Source of the DNA: a virus
Lineage: Duplodnaviria > Caudoviricetes
Length of the DNA: 64,000 nt
Direction: 5' to 3' (one strand)
IMG/VR virus record: IMGVR_UViG_2595698964_000001
Location: 1-64,000 of that record
Made by a program: the position numbers and the translations under genes. Under the pieces are notes generated by a model. It was given only the letters and a program-made list of their open reading frames with translations, searched no databases and had not been told where the DNA came from. Below are positions 21,253 through 31,436 of this stretch, in pieces (the first letter of the stretch is position 1; each line of letters opens with the position of its first letter).

Positions 21253-23641
21253 ATGCTAGCTGTTAAATTTGACAAAGGCATCAACGTTACTATGTATTCA
21301 CCTAAGACTCGTACAGAAGTTTCTGCTAGACACCTTTATAAAGACCTCCCGGAGCTTCTCTCTGGGGTCGGGAGCGTAATAGTTGACTACCCCTTCGGAA
21401 TGCGGGAAACTCGCGTTAAACAGCTTGACAAGCTTGGATTTAGACTTATTAATCAACTTAAGTTTGACGACTCAGCGCCTCATAAAAGAGTAGTTGAGAT
21501 CTGGAATAGAACAACCAAGGAGGAAGCAGTATGAATACAGAATACTTTTTAACAGCTATCCAAACTCTCGAGAAAAGAGAGTCACAACTTAAATGGGAGC
21601 TCTCGGAGCTGTATAAACGTAAAGAGTACCTTGATAACCTCGAGAAACGCTACAAAGATGCTGTCGACCCAAAGGTTATCGAGATGAGCAAACTACAAAT
21701 TGAGTTCGCTACGAAAGACCTTGAAGCGGTATCTGCGGCGTATAAAGCTTTTCAAAGCTGGTAATATTTGCCAACTGTTATATTATGTATAAGAAAGGAG
21801 GTGGAAGCTTTGGCGGGACTCCTATCAAACAAATCTTGGCAAGCCCAAGAGTACTACAACGAGTACCTAGTGCTTAAAAAGCAACTGTTGAGCCTTACAG
21901 AGGTGCGAAACATTAATAGCACCTTTAAAGCGGACAACACTAAGATTACAGAGGAAATCAATGAGAAAACGGCAAGGTTTAAAATCGTACTTTCCCGACT
22001 TAAAGAACAAGGAGTGTCTATGGAGGACTTAGTCCTACTCAGCGCTGGAATTGATGTTGACTCTAAGGATTAAACACTAAACAACTGGAAGGAGTTTTAC
22101 AATTGGAACAAATTATTGCAAAGTCTGGTAACTTTACATACTTACTGAGAGAAGACGCGAGAGGGACATACAGCATTAGCATCAGAGACGCCCGCGGTAA
22201 AGAGACTTTCCTCAGAGGCGGTTATTCAGACTCTTCTGAAGCTATTAACATGGTGAAGGAGGCTATAGAAAAACACAAACATGCTAAAGAGGCGCGTGTA
22301 AAGTTTAAGGGTGTCGATTTTCGATTGATTCCCGATTCTACACTGATAGAAGAAATATACTACGGAGGACAATACTTGGGAGACATTGTGACAGTCAAAA
22401 ACAAATTTTGTGTTGTCCCGAGTAGGTTTGTCGAGTCTTACAAAAACACTTTCGCATTCAAGGAAGATGCTGTGAAGGAGCTACTTCGTTTGTACGGACA
22501 CCCGGTTGTAAAAGAATAAGTGAGGAAAACTCCTCACTTATCTACATGTTTACACTTGACTACTGTCCTTGTGTATAGTACAATTATTATGATCTTTAAA
22601 ATCATGGTGTAAAACAACTAGAGGTGACGAAAATGAAGTTTATATTCAAAGCTAAACCTAAGAAGTGTCGTGAGTGTGGAGCTCATTTCTTCAGCGAACA
22701 CTGGGCTGTATGTAACAAATGTCTTTCTAAAAGGAGTTGGTGGTCTTGAAACGAGTAAACAAGACAAAGGGTAACTTAAAATCTGTTATAGACCGACTTG
22801 ATGATGCTAGCGGCGCGTTGTACAACGCAATTGATAACCTGTCTCGCATGAATGGTCTTGGAACAGAAATCGAACAGCTTGTTGAAAAGTTGGATCCATC
22901 TAGAATTGACTTACTGAAACACGAACTTATCGAGTTATTGGAACAGAAAGGAGAGCAATGGTAATGGCTTACATATTTGTGGAAGCAACCTCTTCCCCGT
23001 TTGGACACGGGGAGAGGGAAACTTGGATATGCAGTGAATGTAGTCGGGAAGTCGTTGTCATGTCTTACGGAGGACGACGAAACAACAGCGAACTCGATAA
23101 CCCATGCCGTTGCTTGAAAAAGTTTACACTAAAACCTCACCATAAAGCTATGATTCAAAAATACAATTTAGGTAAACGTGAGTAGGAGGAATGAAAATGA
23201 CATTCAAAGATGACTTGATTTGCGCTACAAAGTTTGTTGCTTGTTATGTTCCTGTATTCCTGTTAATATTAGTGTTTCCGTCTTTCTTTATCGCTCCCGC
23301 GTACATTGACCCGGACTTTACTGCAATGTTGCAACTGTTGTCTATAACCATTACTGCTGCTGTCGTTGTATTGTCGTACTTATTCGTAGTAGCTGCGAAA
23401 ATAATCGGATTCTAGGAGGTATAACATGTATAAACTTGAAACAAAACTAGAGGAACTTACAGATAAACTCTCTTCTGAGCTGGAGTCTCTGACTAAGTAC
23501 GAGGTTACTGGAAAGCCCATCGAAAGTATAGAGTTACAAGCAAAACTGTTACTAGAACTTATTGAAGACACAGAGTTTAATATGAAATGGTCTGTAAAGA
23601 AAAAGCTTGATGAGATTATAGACGAGTGCGAAAGAAAATGA
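21253..23641 (+). other. Run of small hypothetical genes (21253, 21531, 21768, 22103, 22633, 22737, 22958, 23191, 23426)
   Basis: Contiguous ORFs with RBSs. 23191 is hydrophobic (two predicted TM segments). Confidence 0.7.
22553..22584 (+). promoter_or_regulatory. Sigma-A promoter, CACTTGACTACTG variant
   Basis: TTGACT-17-TACAAT after hairpin 22516-22541. Same 13-mer as at 37140-37152 (minus). Confidence 0.7.
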
Positions 23642-23662
23642 GGTGCCTTATATAAGGCACCT
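23641..23662. terminator. Bidirectional terminator
   Basis: Perfect inverted repeat AGGTGCCTTATATAAGGCACCT between convergent genes. Confidence 0.75.
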
Positions 23663-23667
23663 TTGTT

Positions 23668-24060
23668 TTACAAGAAATTTGGATCTTCAGAAACATAATG
23701 AACTTCGTCTTCGCCGAAAGGTATTACAAAAACCTCAACGTCCATATCTTCACCATCTTCGCTTTCTTCCGCGTCTACGTGAACTGTATATACTCGGTTG
23801 ATATGCTCTCTCGGAACTTCATCCCGCATCTCCGCGCCGAGGTTATTCCAAAACTCTTCGTCAAAGAACCTTTTCAGTATTTCTGTAACTCTGTCCTCGG
23901 GGAGATCGCCCGCGTAATAAAATTCTCCATCTAACGATGTTTGATCATCCAAATTATGTACAAACTTGAACTCTTCTGGATCATAACCATTCTCCTTACC
24001 AAGCTTTTCTAGCGCTACTAGGTTAGACTCATAGTCATCTCCCATAAATAGTTTACCCAT
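23668..24060 (-). CDS. Highly acidic early protein (DNA-mimic candidate)
   Basis: 130 aa with ~37 D/E vs ~10 K/R by hand count; has its own class-I header. Confidence 0.65.
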   Translation of the reverse strand: MGKLFMGDDYESNLVALEKLGKENGYDPEEFKFVHNLDDQTSLDGEFYYAGDLPEDRVTEILKRFFDEEFWNNLGAEMRDEVPREHINRVYTVHVDAEESEDGEDMDVEVFVIPFGEDEVHYVSEDPNFL

Positions 24061-24132
24061 TATAACCTCTCCTTTTCCAACTCAGTATTATTACACATTA
24101 ATTGTACTATACTTTGTAACAGTTAACAAGTG
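24061..24132 (-). promoter_or_regulatory. Class-I early header
   Basis: Reverse strand: CACTTGTTAACTG; TTGTTA-17-TACAAT; ACTGAGTTGGAAAAGGAGAGG before ATG 24060. Confidence 0.8.
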
Positions 24133-24146
24133 ATTTACATGAGAAT

Positions 24147-24176
24147 GGAGTACAAATTTGTAATTTCATCTTTATT
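24147..24176 (+). promoter_or_regulatory. Class-II promoter motif
   Basis: GGAG-N19-CTTTATT upstream of 24228, divergent from the class-I header. Confidence 0.6.
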
Positions 24177-24227
24177 TAATTAAGGTGTCAAACCTCACTA
24201 AATACTCAAACAGAAGGAGACTAAACT

Positions 24228-25343
24228 ATGAAACGCTATGTAAAGGTAATTAAACAACCCCAATGTAGACGATGGTATCAAGAAGGTGAGTTATACGAAT
24301 TCAACAGAAGCGAGTACGCGGGAGGGGAGACCTATTATAGGGTAAATATTCCGTCAAGAGGGCACACACGTGGTATAGTGGCTAAAGACGCTATGTTATT
24401 CGAGACAGAGAACCGTAATGCAGTATCTGGGGAACAAGTACTTGTAACCAGAGATTACAAAGAATACAAACGAGGAAATATAATTAGAGTAGGTAAAGTT
24501 ACAGATACGGGACATGTCATACCATATGAGGCTCATAGACCTTACTGGGAGACTGGGACTGTTATTCGTCGGAACTCTTACGAAGTTATTGTAAAGAACG
24601 CTCCTCAACCTTTCTTTGAAGCTCCTCCCAAGTCAGTAAAAGTTAGTAGGGTAATTGATCCACCAAGTTTTGTAGTCGGCGATAAAACAAGAGAGGTGAT
24701 TCATAAGTTTACCGCGAAGCTTCACGAGTTACAACTTCAGTTTAAGCAAGAGTTGGAAGAGGTAGCTTTGTACGAACACTCTAGGGGTTTTAAGGATGCT
24801 CAAATGCTGACAGAAAGTCCGGTCAACTTCGCTCCATTTACGCTGAGAAAATCTGTTGTTTTAGCTGCTAAAGAAGACGTAGAAAGACTTACTAAATTGG
24901 GCGCAAAAGAACTCTACTCTGTAAGATTCGTAATGAAGAATAGAGCTAGTAACTGCGTGACGGCATTAGTTTACAGACCTAAGATAGGACAACAGTACGT
25001 CGCCGATCCAGCCCCTGACCATATCGGAGTTGCAAAGTGTCGTCGAAGCGACTGTTTCAACATCTACATCGGAAAAGCAATAGCATTAAGAAGAGCGTTA
25101 AAACTAGAGATTCCTGAAGAGTACCTAAACGTACAACCACCTACCGGGCATGAAGTTGGTGACTTTGTAACACTAAAGTCAAGTCCAAATAGGGTAGCTA
25201 AAGTCGTAAGTGCTCCTTACGATGATGTACTAGTTGTGAGGTATTGTAAACCTAACTCGAGAGAGACGTACCTTACTCAAGATGAGTTGGTTAACGTAAG
25301 AGATATTGATCGAGTCGTTGACGACTCTGAAAGATACGTATAA
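24228..25343 (+). CDS. Hypothetical Bacillus-phage protein
   Basis: 371 aa with GVAKC...DCFNIYIGKAIALRRAL motif. Confidence 0.7.
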   Translation: MKRYVKVIKQPQCRRWYQEGELYEFNRSEYAGGETYYRVNIPSRGHTRGIVAKDAMLFETENRNAVSGEQVLVTRDYKEYKRGNIIRVGKVTDTGHVIPYEAHRPYWETGTVIRRNSYEVIVKNAPQPFFEAPPKSVKVSRVIDPPSFVVGDKTREVIHKFTAKLHELQLQFKQELEEVALYEHSRGFKDAQMLTESPVNFAPFTLRKSVVLAAKEDVERLTKLGAKELYSVRFVMKNRASNCVTALVYRPKIGQQYVADPAPDHIGVAKCRRSDCFNIYIGKAIALRRALKLEIPEEYLNVQPPTGHEVGDFVTLKSSPNRVAKVVSAPYDDVLVVRYCKPNSRETYLTQDELVNVRDIDRVVDDSERYV

Positions 25344-25417
25344 AGTTTAAGTTTGCCGACTCCTTGAAGTCGGCTTCTTTTTGCTCTTTTGTCGTTATAT
25401 ACTATGTTTGAAAGGGA

Positions 25418-26872
25418 GTGAATAATTTGAGCAACTATCGACCAAGGTTTCATATTACACCTGAGAGCGGTTGGATGAATGATATTCAGAGACCTCTCTA
25501 CATTAATGGGACGCATCACTTGTTCTACCTATATAACGGAGATTTCAGTTGGGGAGGTAATGGTACAGAATGGGCTCACGTTGAATCCGTAGATTTGAAA
25601 CACTGGAAGAGACTTCCAGTCGCTATACCGAAGTATACCGACGGCGCAGCAGACCCTTGGACAGGAAGTGTTGTGGTAGATAAGGACAACACAGCCGGGT
25701 TTGGAGAAGGCGCAGTTATTGCGTTGCTGACTATGCCAAAGCCTGATTATCAATGTACTCACTTATGGTACAGTGTAGATAATGGACATAGTTTTAAGCA
25801 CTACAACCCTGATCCTACATCAGAAATACCTCAACCTGTAATGCGCAATCCAACCGGGAGTTCCGATTTCAGAGACCCTAAAGTTATCTGGAATGAGAAC
25901 ACTAAGAATTGGATTATGTTACTTGCGGAAGGGGATAAAATAGGCTTTTACAGATCCAGCAACCTTAAGGACTGGACGTATTTAAGCGGGTTTGTAAGAC
26001 CTGATGTAGGAATCGTTGAATGTCCAGACCTTTTTCAGATTAACTTGGACGAGAATCCGAATAACAACAAATGGGTTCTTATGATCGGTGCTAATGGATT
26101 CAATTATGGTTTAACAACAGGGTCTTGCTACTTCGTAGGGGATTTTGACGGAGTTGAGTTTAAACCGGAAACTGAAATTCAGTGGTTAGAGAAAGGTGCG
26201 GATTCTTATGCTGGCGTTACTTGGGATGCGCCATATACAAATGGTAACTATAGGTATTATGTATCTTGGATGAATAACTGGGCGTATGCTTTGGAACTTC
26301 CTTGGGAAACGTATAATGGAAATGCTAGTATAGTGAGGGAGCTCCGACTAAAAACCATTAATGGAACACCCAAACTTGTACAGCAGCCTATCTGGAACTT
26401 AACAGAGGAGTTCGTTGAGGTTGTGGCATTAAACAATGTTGAGTTATCAAAAGATAACTCCTTTAGTCAAACAGGTTTAACATCATATACTGTCGAACTA
26501 ATAGTAAAGACAACGACAACAAAAGGTAAGTTCGGTATAGCTCTGCGAGATGGAAAGGGTCATACTGATATTAGTTATGATATTACAACTAACGAGGTTG
26601 TTTTTAATCGGCAACAGAGCGGGAAGGTAATTGACAAACCAGAGTTTTACAACCCTCAGCGAGTAACAGTACTTCCTAAGAATGACTACATTAAATTAGT
26701 TATAGTTGTAGACAACAGCACGGTAGAGTTGTTTATAAACGACGGCGAGGAAGTCATGTCAAATATGATATTCCCAGAAGAGGAATCAACAGGACTCCGT
26801 ATATGGACGGATGAGACACTCTCAATTGAAAGATTGTCAATTAAGAAGACAAATGAAGATTATATAGACTAA
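25418..26872 (+). CDS. Glycoside hydrolase family 32, levanase (LevB-like)
   Basis: GWMNDIQRP (nucleophile motif variant), FRDPKV and VECPDLF catalytic motifs; C-terminal beta-sandwich (VDNSTVELFINDGE). Confidence 0.92.
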   Translation: MNNLSNYRPRFHITPESGWMNDIQRPLYINGTHHLFYLYNGDFSWGGNGTEWAHVESVDLKHWKRLPVAIPKYTDGAADPWTGSVVVDKDNTAGFGEGAVIALLTMPKPDYQCTHLWYSVDNGHSFKHYNPDPTSEIPQPVMRNPTGSSDFRDPKVIWNENTKNWIMLLAEGDKIGFYRSSNLKDWTYLSGFVRPDVGIVECPDLFQINLDENPNNNKWVLMIGANGFNYGLTTGSCYFVGDFDGVEFKPETEIQWLEKGADSYAGVTWDAPYTNGNYRYYVSWMNNWAYALELPWETYNGNASIVRELRLKTINGTPKLVQQPIWNLTEEFVEVVALNNVELSKDNSFSQTGLTSYTVELIVKTTTTKGKFGIALRDGKGHTDISYDITTNEVVFNRQQSGKVIDKPEFYNPQRVTVLPKNDYIKLVIVVDNSTVELFINDGEEVMSNMIFPEEESTGLRIWTDETLSIERLSIKKTNEDYID

Positions 26873-26896
26873 AAAGACCCTCCGATGAGGGTCTTT
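26871..26896. terminator. Bidirectional terminator
   Basis: AAAGACCCTC-cgat-GAGGGTCTTT between convergent genes. Confidence 0.8.
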
Positions 26897-27432
26897 CAAC
26901 TTACTAAAAGCTTTTTACAAAGGGTGTCGAATCCTTTCTCTAGATAGTTGTTTATAACGGTCTCTAAGGGCATCGTCTCTAGAGCACAAACTTCCGCCTC
27001 AATAAGCTGTCCTGTTTGAATATCGACTAGAAGCAGCCCCCAGTTTCCGCTAGTTGTGAACGTTGGCTCAACTTCCTTCTCGACCAACTCTACAGGTTCA
27101 TCTTCAAGATAGTCTTCTACGTCGTCTTCAATCGTGTCGTATAAATCAAACTCATCATCAATATACTCTTCCAATTTCGCTCTCTTAACCTTAACATCTC
27201 GAAGTAGCTTCAGCATCTCAAGCCGGATTAGCCGCATTGAATAGTCAAAATCTTCATCCTCAACGATGATGTCTATTATCGTGTCAAGAGGGATTCGCTT
27301 TCCCATATAATCTACAAGAGTTCTCGCGGTCTTAGGTACTGAACTCGAAATAACTAATTTTCTAGGAAAACTTAATGTAACAAATTCGTCCTCAGTTTCT
27401 ACGATGAACGTAAGGGTATTATGTTCAACCAT
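26896..27432 (-). CDS. Hypothetical early protein with acidic tract (start corrected to ATG 27432)
   Basis: The header SD precedes MVEHN; contains EEYIDDEFDLYDTIEDDVEDYLEDE. Confidence 0.65.
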   Translation of the reverse strand: MVEHNTLTFIVETEDEFVTLSFPRKLVISSSVPKTARTLVDYMGKRIPLDTIIDIIVEDEDFDYSMRLIRLEMLKLLRDVKVKRAKLEEYIDDEFDLYDTIEDDVEDYLEDEPVELVEKEVEPTFTTSGNWGLLLVDIQTGQLIEAEVCALETMPLETVINNYLEKGFDTLCKKLLVS

Positions 27433-27513
27433 GATAACATCTCCTTTTAACTCAGTTATTGGTGTTGTTCTTTGTACACTAATCATACTATCAATGACGT
27501 CACTTAGCAAGTG
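27433..27513 (-). promoter_or_regulatory. Class-I early header
   Basis: CACTTGCTAAGTG; TTGCTA-17-TATGAT; ACTGAGTTAAAAGGAG. Confidence 0.85.
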
Positions 27514-27547
27514 TTTTTCAAAATAAAAAGACAACATTTTGTTGTCT

Positions 27548-28244
27548 TTAGTTCCCTTTTTGTAGTGAGGTTACTGCCCCTACCTTTGGGGGTAACAACT
27601 CCTGTAAGACCCATTTACCTTCGTAAGACTTACTGTTGAGCCTCATCATAAGCTTTAATAAAGCGTATTCGTCACCATTTTCCTTCTTCACGTCGACAAC
27701 TACGTGACGATACATCCCCAAAACAACGACATCACCAACTTTAAGTCTCAACTTATTTCCTCCTCAGCAGAGACCCTAACGCAATGATCTGCCCAAACGG
27801 TCTCCTTTCTACCGTCATCAAAGATGACGTGGTAAGCAGAATACATATATGGGTGCCAGTAAGGTCTAAAAATTGCACCTACTACGCGAGCCCGCCCTAT
27901 TAAATCGAACTTACTAACTCTTGAAACGCGTTTGTTATAAACGAGTACATAAAAGTTTGGAATTTTGTGTATCACTTCCAGTACCTCCTATTGACTATAG
28001 GTTTATGAATCCTATCAATGTCATCTCTGTTTATCCAAAAAGTAGCGCCTTTGTATTCTTTAGCTTCAACGGCATTATTCAATTCTTCGTAGCCGTCCCG
28101 GCCAATTGTAACTTTCAAAGGCGTTGACTTAGGAAGAATAGGAGATTCATGCCTTTTGTAGATAAAGAATGTAAGTTTTTGTTCGTCGTCTAGCATCCTT
28201 AGCATCCTCTTGATTTGAGGTCTTTTGATTCTCGATAACATCAT
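27548..28244 (-). other. Three small overlapping hypothetical genes (28244-27972, 27975-27748, 27751-27548)
   Basis: Overlapping start/stop junctions; upstream class-II-like motif GGAG-N19-CTTAGTT at 28277-28306 (minus). Confidence 0.65.
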
Positions 28245-28343
28245 GTAAAGTCCCCCTTAAATATTTTCACAGTATAAACTAAGCTTAGTTTGTTTAACTT
28301 TGCTCCTTATATTGAAAGAAGGAGGGGATTTCCCCTCACCTTC

Positions 28344-28601
28344 TTAAAACACATTTAAAGCCGCAGTATAGAGTCCTAGCTCTTTTAGGGCTTCCGGGTC
28401 GGATTCTTCTCCAAGAACTCTCTCCAAGCGAGTATTCAACTCCTCGCCCAATCTCTTTTGTAAATGCTCTTTTAGATCGGCGGGTAACTTTTCGCCGTTC
28501 TTGATATAGCGAAGAATTTCTGACTCAGGTGTCTCATCTTCTCCGTTTGCCCAATTTTTAAGAACTTCCTCTACAAATTTACTTACTTCTAATCTTGTCA
28601 A
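28344..28601 (-). CDS. Hypothetical early protein (start corrected to TTG 28601)
   Basis: Follows a class-I header; helical and charged. Confidence 0.65.
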   Translation of the reverse strand: MTRLEVSKFVEEVLKNWANGEDETPESEILRYIKNGEKLPADLKEHLQKRLGEELNTRLERVLGEESDPEALKELGLYTAALNVF

Positions 28602-28686
28602 TTTTAACCTCTCCTTTTTCAACTCAGTTAGTAGTGTGTTTCAACTACAGTTTTATTATACTAAATGCCCGTTCACTTAGCAAGTG
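28602..28686 (-). promoter_or_regulatory. Class-I early header
   Basis: CACTTGCTAAGTG; TTGCTA-17-TATAAT; ACTGAGTTGAAAAAGGAGAGG. Confidence 0.85.
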
Positions 28687-28761
28687 AATCTGTATAAATT
28701 CCATAACTTAATTCAGTTCAATCAGAGATTAATAAGCAGTACAGAGAAGGAGATGATAACA

Positions 28762-29547
28762 ATGGGCTGGATTAAACTACCGGGCGGTACTGGAAGCTAT
28801 GAGACTCCAGAAGGAGCACAAGCAAAGGCAGATGCCGCAGAGACCTCTGCGAAAGCTTATACTGACGTGTTTGCCGCGAGAAGGGACAACCCGCACCAAG
28901 TTACAAAAAGTCAAGTAGGACTTGACAAAGTTACAAATGTCGAACAGGCATCTTTGTCACAGTTTAATGAACACGCAAGTGATACTATAAAGCATACGAG
29001 CAACGCCGAGAGACAAGCTTGGAATGAAAAAGAAACGCCTGGGGGAGCACAAGCTAAGGCTGACAACGCGTTATCTGCAGCGAAAGAGTATACAGAAACC
29101 TTCATTAACAACAGAGATAACCACGCTGTAATCGAGGCAACTTCCAGTACACAAACAATAACGCAGAACGTTGAAACTGTCCTTACTATTCTTGACAGCG
29201 TTATTAGTCAGAAACCCGTAGAGAGTACAACAACTGGTAGCGGGACATACAAAGTACCTGAAAGCGGGACTTATGTCTTTCATGTAACACTAAGACCAAC
29301 AGAGCTAACGCAACCAGTCTCAGTTCTCAGGGTAGGGCTTAACAAGACCGTCGGAGAAGAAGTTACTAAGTCACCCCTAATGGACTTACTAGCAACAAAC
29401 GCTACCAGTAATGGTTATGTATCTGGGTCATTTTTAGTTAACCTCAACAAGGACGACTCCGTTACAGTTTTTGTAAACGCGTTAACAGAGGATGTTACTC
29501 TGCAACAAGGAACAAGAGTTCAGCTGTTCTACTTAGGCAGTAACTGA
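28762..29547 (+). CDS. Tail/baseplate fibre-like protein with C-terminal C1q/TNF-like beta domain
   Basis: Two ETP(E/G)GAQAKAD repeats and DNPHQVTKSQVGLDKVTNVEQAS, typical of Bacillus phage fibre proteins. C-terminus has YKVPESGTYVF...LVNLNKDDSV. Confidence 0.65.
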   Translation: MGWIKLPGGTGSYETPEGAQAKADAAETSAKAYTDVFAARRDNPHQVTKSQVGLDKVTNVEQASLSQFNEHASDTIKHTSNAERQAWNEKETPGGAQAKADNALSAAKEYTETFINNRDNHAVIEATSSTQTITQNVETVLTILDSVISQKPVESTTTGSGTYKVPESGTYVFHVTLRPTELTQPVSVLRVGLNKTVGEEVTKSPLMDLLATNATSNGYVSGSFLVNLNKDDSVTVFVNALTEDVTLQQGTRVQLFYLGSN

Positions 29548-29615
29548 GCACCTATGTCGTAATAGAGTAAAGATTTGATAAGCCCCCTTTCTTTAGCATG
29601 AAAGGGGGCTAAATT

Positions 29616-29759
29616 TTGTTTATATTTAACTCTACCATTCTATTTTTACTAGCTTGTATCATAATTTGGAACGGAATAAAGATTGAAATTGGTAACGTTT
29701 TCACTTGGGAGATTTATGCTGTTAAGCGGTTTTTTGTAAAGAAAAAGAAGACTAAATGA
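29616..29759 (+). CDS. Small membrane protein (47 aa, absent from the ORF track)
   Basis: TTG start after AAGGGGG; MFIFNSTILFLLACIIIWNGIKIEIG...KKKKTK. Confidence 0.5.
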   Translation: MFIFNSTILFLLACIIIWNGIKIEIGNVFTWEIYAVKRFFVKKKKTK

Positions 29760-29802
29760 AGAGACCTGTATAGGTCTCTTCCTAGGTACGAATGTACGCT
29801 AC

Positions 29803-29832
29803 GGAGCGAACTTTGGAGACTTCTCTTTTATT
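29803..29832 (+). promoter_or_regulatory. Class-II promoter motif
   Basis: GGAGCGAACTTT-N11-TTTTATT. Confidence 0.6.
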
Positions 29833-30420
29833 TAGGTAAACATAGTAATTGGACACTGTTAGTAGGCACCTAAAGGAGGAGATAAGTTTGAACGAATTTA
29901 ATAGAGCTTACGCGCTACCCTTATTTAATACTAACAAGGCGGCGTTGGTTAAACGAGTCAGAGAGTTAGAAGAACGAGGATTTGAGTGTGTAATCCCCAT
30001 AAAGAAGATGAAGATGTATCAAAGCGTCTTCAAAGAAGGAATACGCTACTACGATGTGCGCGGCGTAGTAGAAGCGGGACAAGAATATAGAGAAGGTTGG
30101 GGAACTAAAATGCGGTTCAAGCCTCGTAAAGGAGAGACAAAATGTCAACATTCATAGTTTTTGCGGGAGTCTCACTTGTGGTGTTCTTCATACTACAAAT
30201 TATACACCTAAAAGTTCAAACTCAATTATTAGACGATGTGTTAGAGCAAGAGGGGTTCTCACTCGTAGGTAAACTAAAAGGTATAAAGTTGTATGCGAAA
30301 AGATGCCCGGGGAGAGTTAGCTATGTTCGCGTAAAGGACGCTAAAGTGTTAACAGAGAAACCTTTAACTCCAGAAGAACGGAAACTCATAACTACAAGAA
30401 TGGTTGTGGAAGATATGTAT

Positions 30421-30449
30421 AAAAGACTCCCTAAATAGGGAGTCTTTTC
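30421..30449. terminator. Bidirectional terminator
   Basis: AAAAGACTCCCTA-aa-TAGGGAGTCTTTT between convergent genes. Confidence 0.75.
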
Positions 30450-30450
30450 T

Positions 30451-30783
30451 TTACTTAAATAGGTTAAACATCTCTTCGATCTCTGCCTTTGTTTCTTTGT
30501 TAAAAGGTAGTTGTTCAAAATCATATGTAGCTGTGCTTTCCTCGTTGAATATTAACTCAGTTACTTCGTCAAGATCGTAAGCCTTCTGCAAGCTGTCTAA
30601 GAGGTTAAAAGATGGTTCCCCTATATAAGGGAGGTCTTTAATCAAAACGCCCTCTGTAAGGCTTATAGGATGCTCAGAGAAGTCATTAAGCGTAAGTAAA
30701 ACCTTTTTACCATTTAATTCAAATTCCTTAGCTAGCATATCCGTGTCAGCGCCTTCTAAAACTACCCAACCTTGTTTTGTCAT
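30451..30783 (-). CDS. Acidic hypothetical early protein
   Basis: 110 aa with its own class-I header. Confidence 0.7.
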   Translation of the reverse strand: MTKQGWVVLEGADTDMLAKEFELNGKKVLLTLNDFSEHPISLTEGVLIKDLPYIGEPSFNLLDSLQKAYDLDEVTELIFNEESTATYDFEQLPFNKETKAEIEEMFNLFK

Positions 30784-30857
30784 CTTTACCGTCTCCTTTT
30801 GTAACTCGGATTATCTTACAAACCAATCATACTACGCTGTGTTACACTTAGCAAGTG
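30784..30857 (-). promoter_or_regulatory. Class-I early header
   Basis: CACTTGCTAAGTGTAACA; TTGCTA-17-TATGAT; TTGTAAGATAATCCGAGTT..AAAAGGAGACG. Nearly identical to 17056-17129. Confidence 0.85.
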
Positions 30858-30881
30858 TTTTTGTAAAGTTTTGTAAAACAT

Positions 30882-30911
30882 GGAGCGTACTTTTGAAGTG
30901 CGTTCTTTATT
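30882..30911 (+). promoter_or_regulatory. Class-II promoter motif
   Basis: GGAGCGTACTTT-N11-CTTTATT, divergent from the class-I header. Confidence 0.6.
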
Positions 30912-31436
30912 TAAGTAAACAACAAGAGAAGGAAGATGTTAACATGAAACAAACATTAATTTTTGCAACAAAACTTTCTTTAACACTCATCCTAACATAT
31001 TCAGTACTAATGCCAATAGCTTGTTTATGCGGAGCTACACTACAAGACGCGTTTGTAGGCTACGCTTTTTGGACAGGACTATCTGTTACATTAATTTATC
31101 TGATTTCAATAATATGGGAGATGTTTATTAAATTCTAGGAGGATACTCTATGTTTTTTGTCAAGGCTTTTAAAAAGATACGAAAGTGGTTTAACTAACTT
31201 GTAGGAGGATGGTAACATGGGCTGGTTAATTTTATGTGTCAGCATTGTAGTTATTTACACTTTCCTACTAGCAAATACTTACATCATGAAAGCTGAAAGT
31301 GATATCAGTGAACTTGAGTCTTTAGACTCTGGAGATGAAGAGCTTCTATGAAGCTCTCTTTTTCATTTCTTACTATATTTTCCTTAGACTTACTCCTACA
31401 TTACTTTCTGTACCACAAAGAGAAGGAGGAGTTAAT

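Noticed and set aside
17109-28622. Apparent shared N-terminal peptide MKKE(R/T) in ORFs 17109, 17879 and 28622
   Set aside because: Artefact of translating the conserved TTGAAAAAGGAG leader/SD. True starts are 21 nt downstream.
30743-30943. N-terminal extension of ORF 30743-31138
   Set aside because: Overlaps the divergent promoter region. The plausible gene starts at the MKQTLIF ATG (~30944) after the class-II motif.
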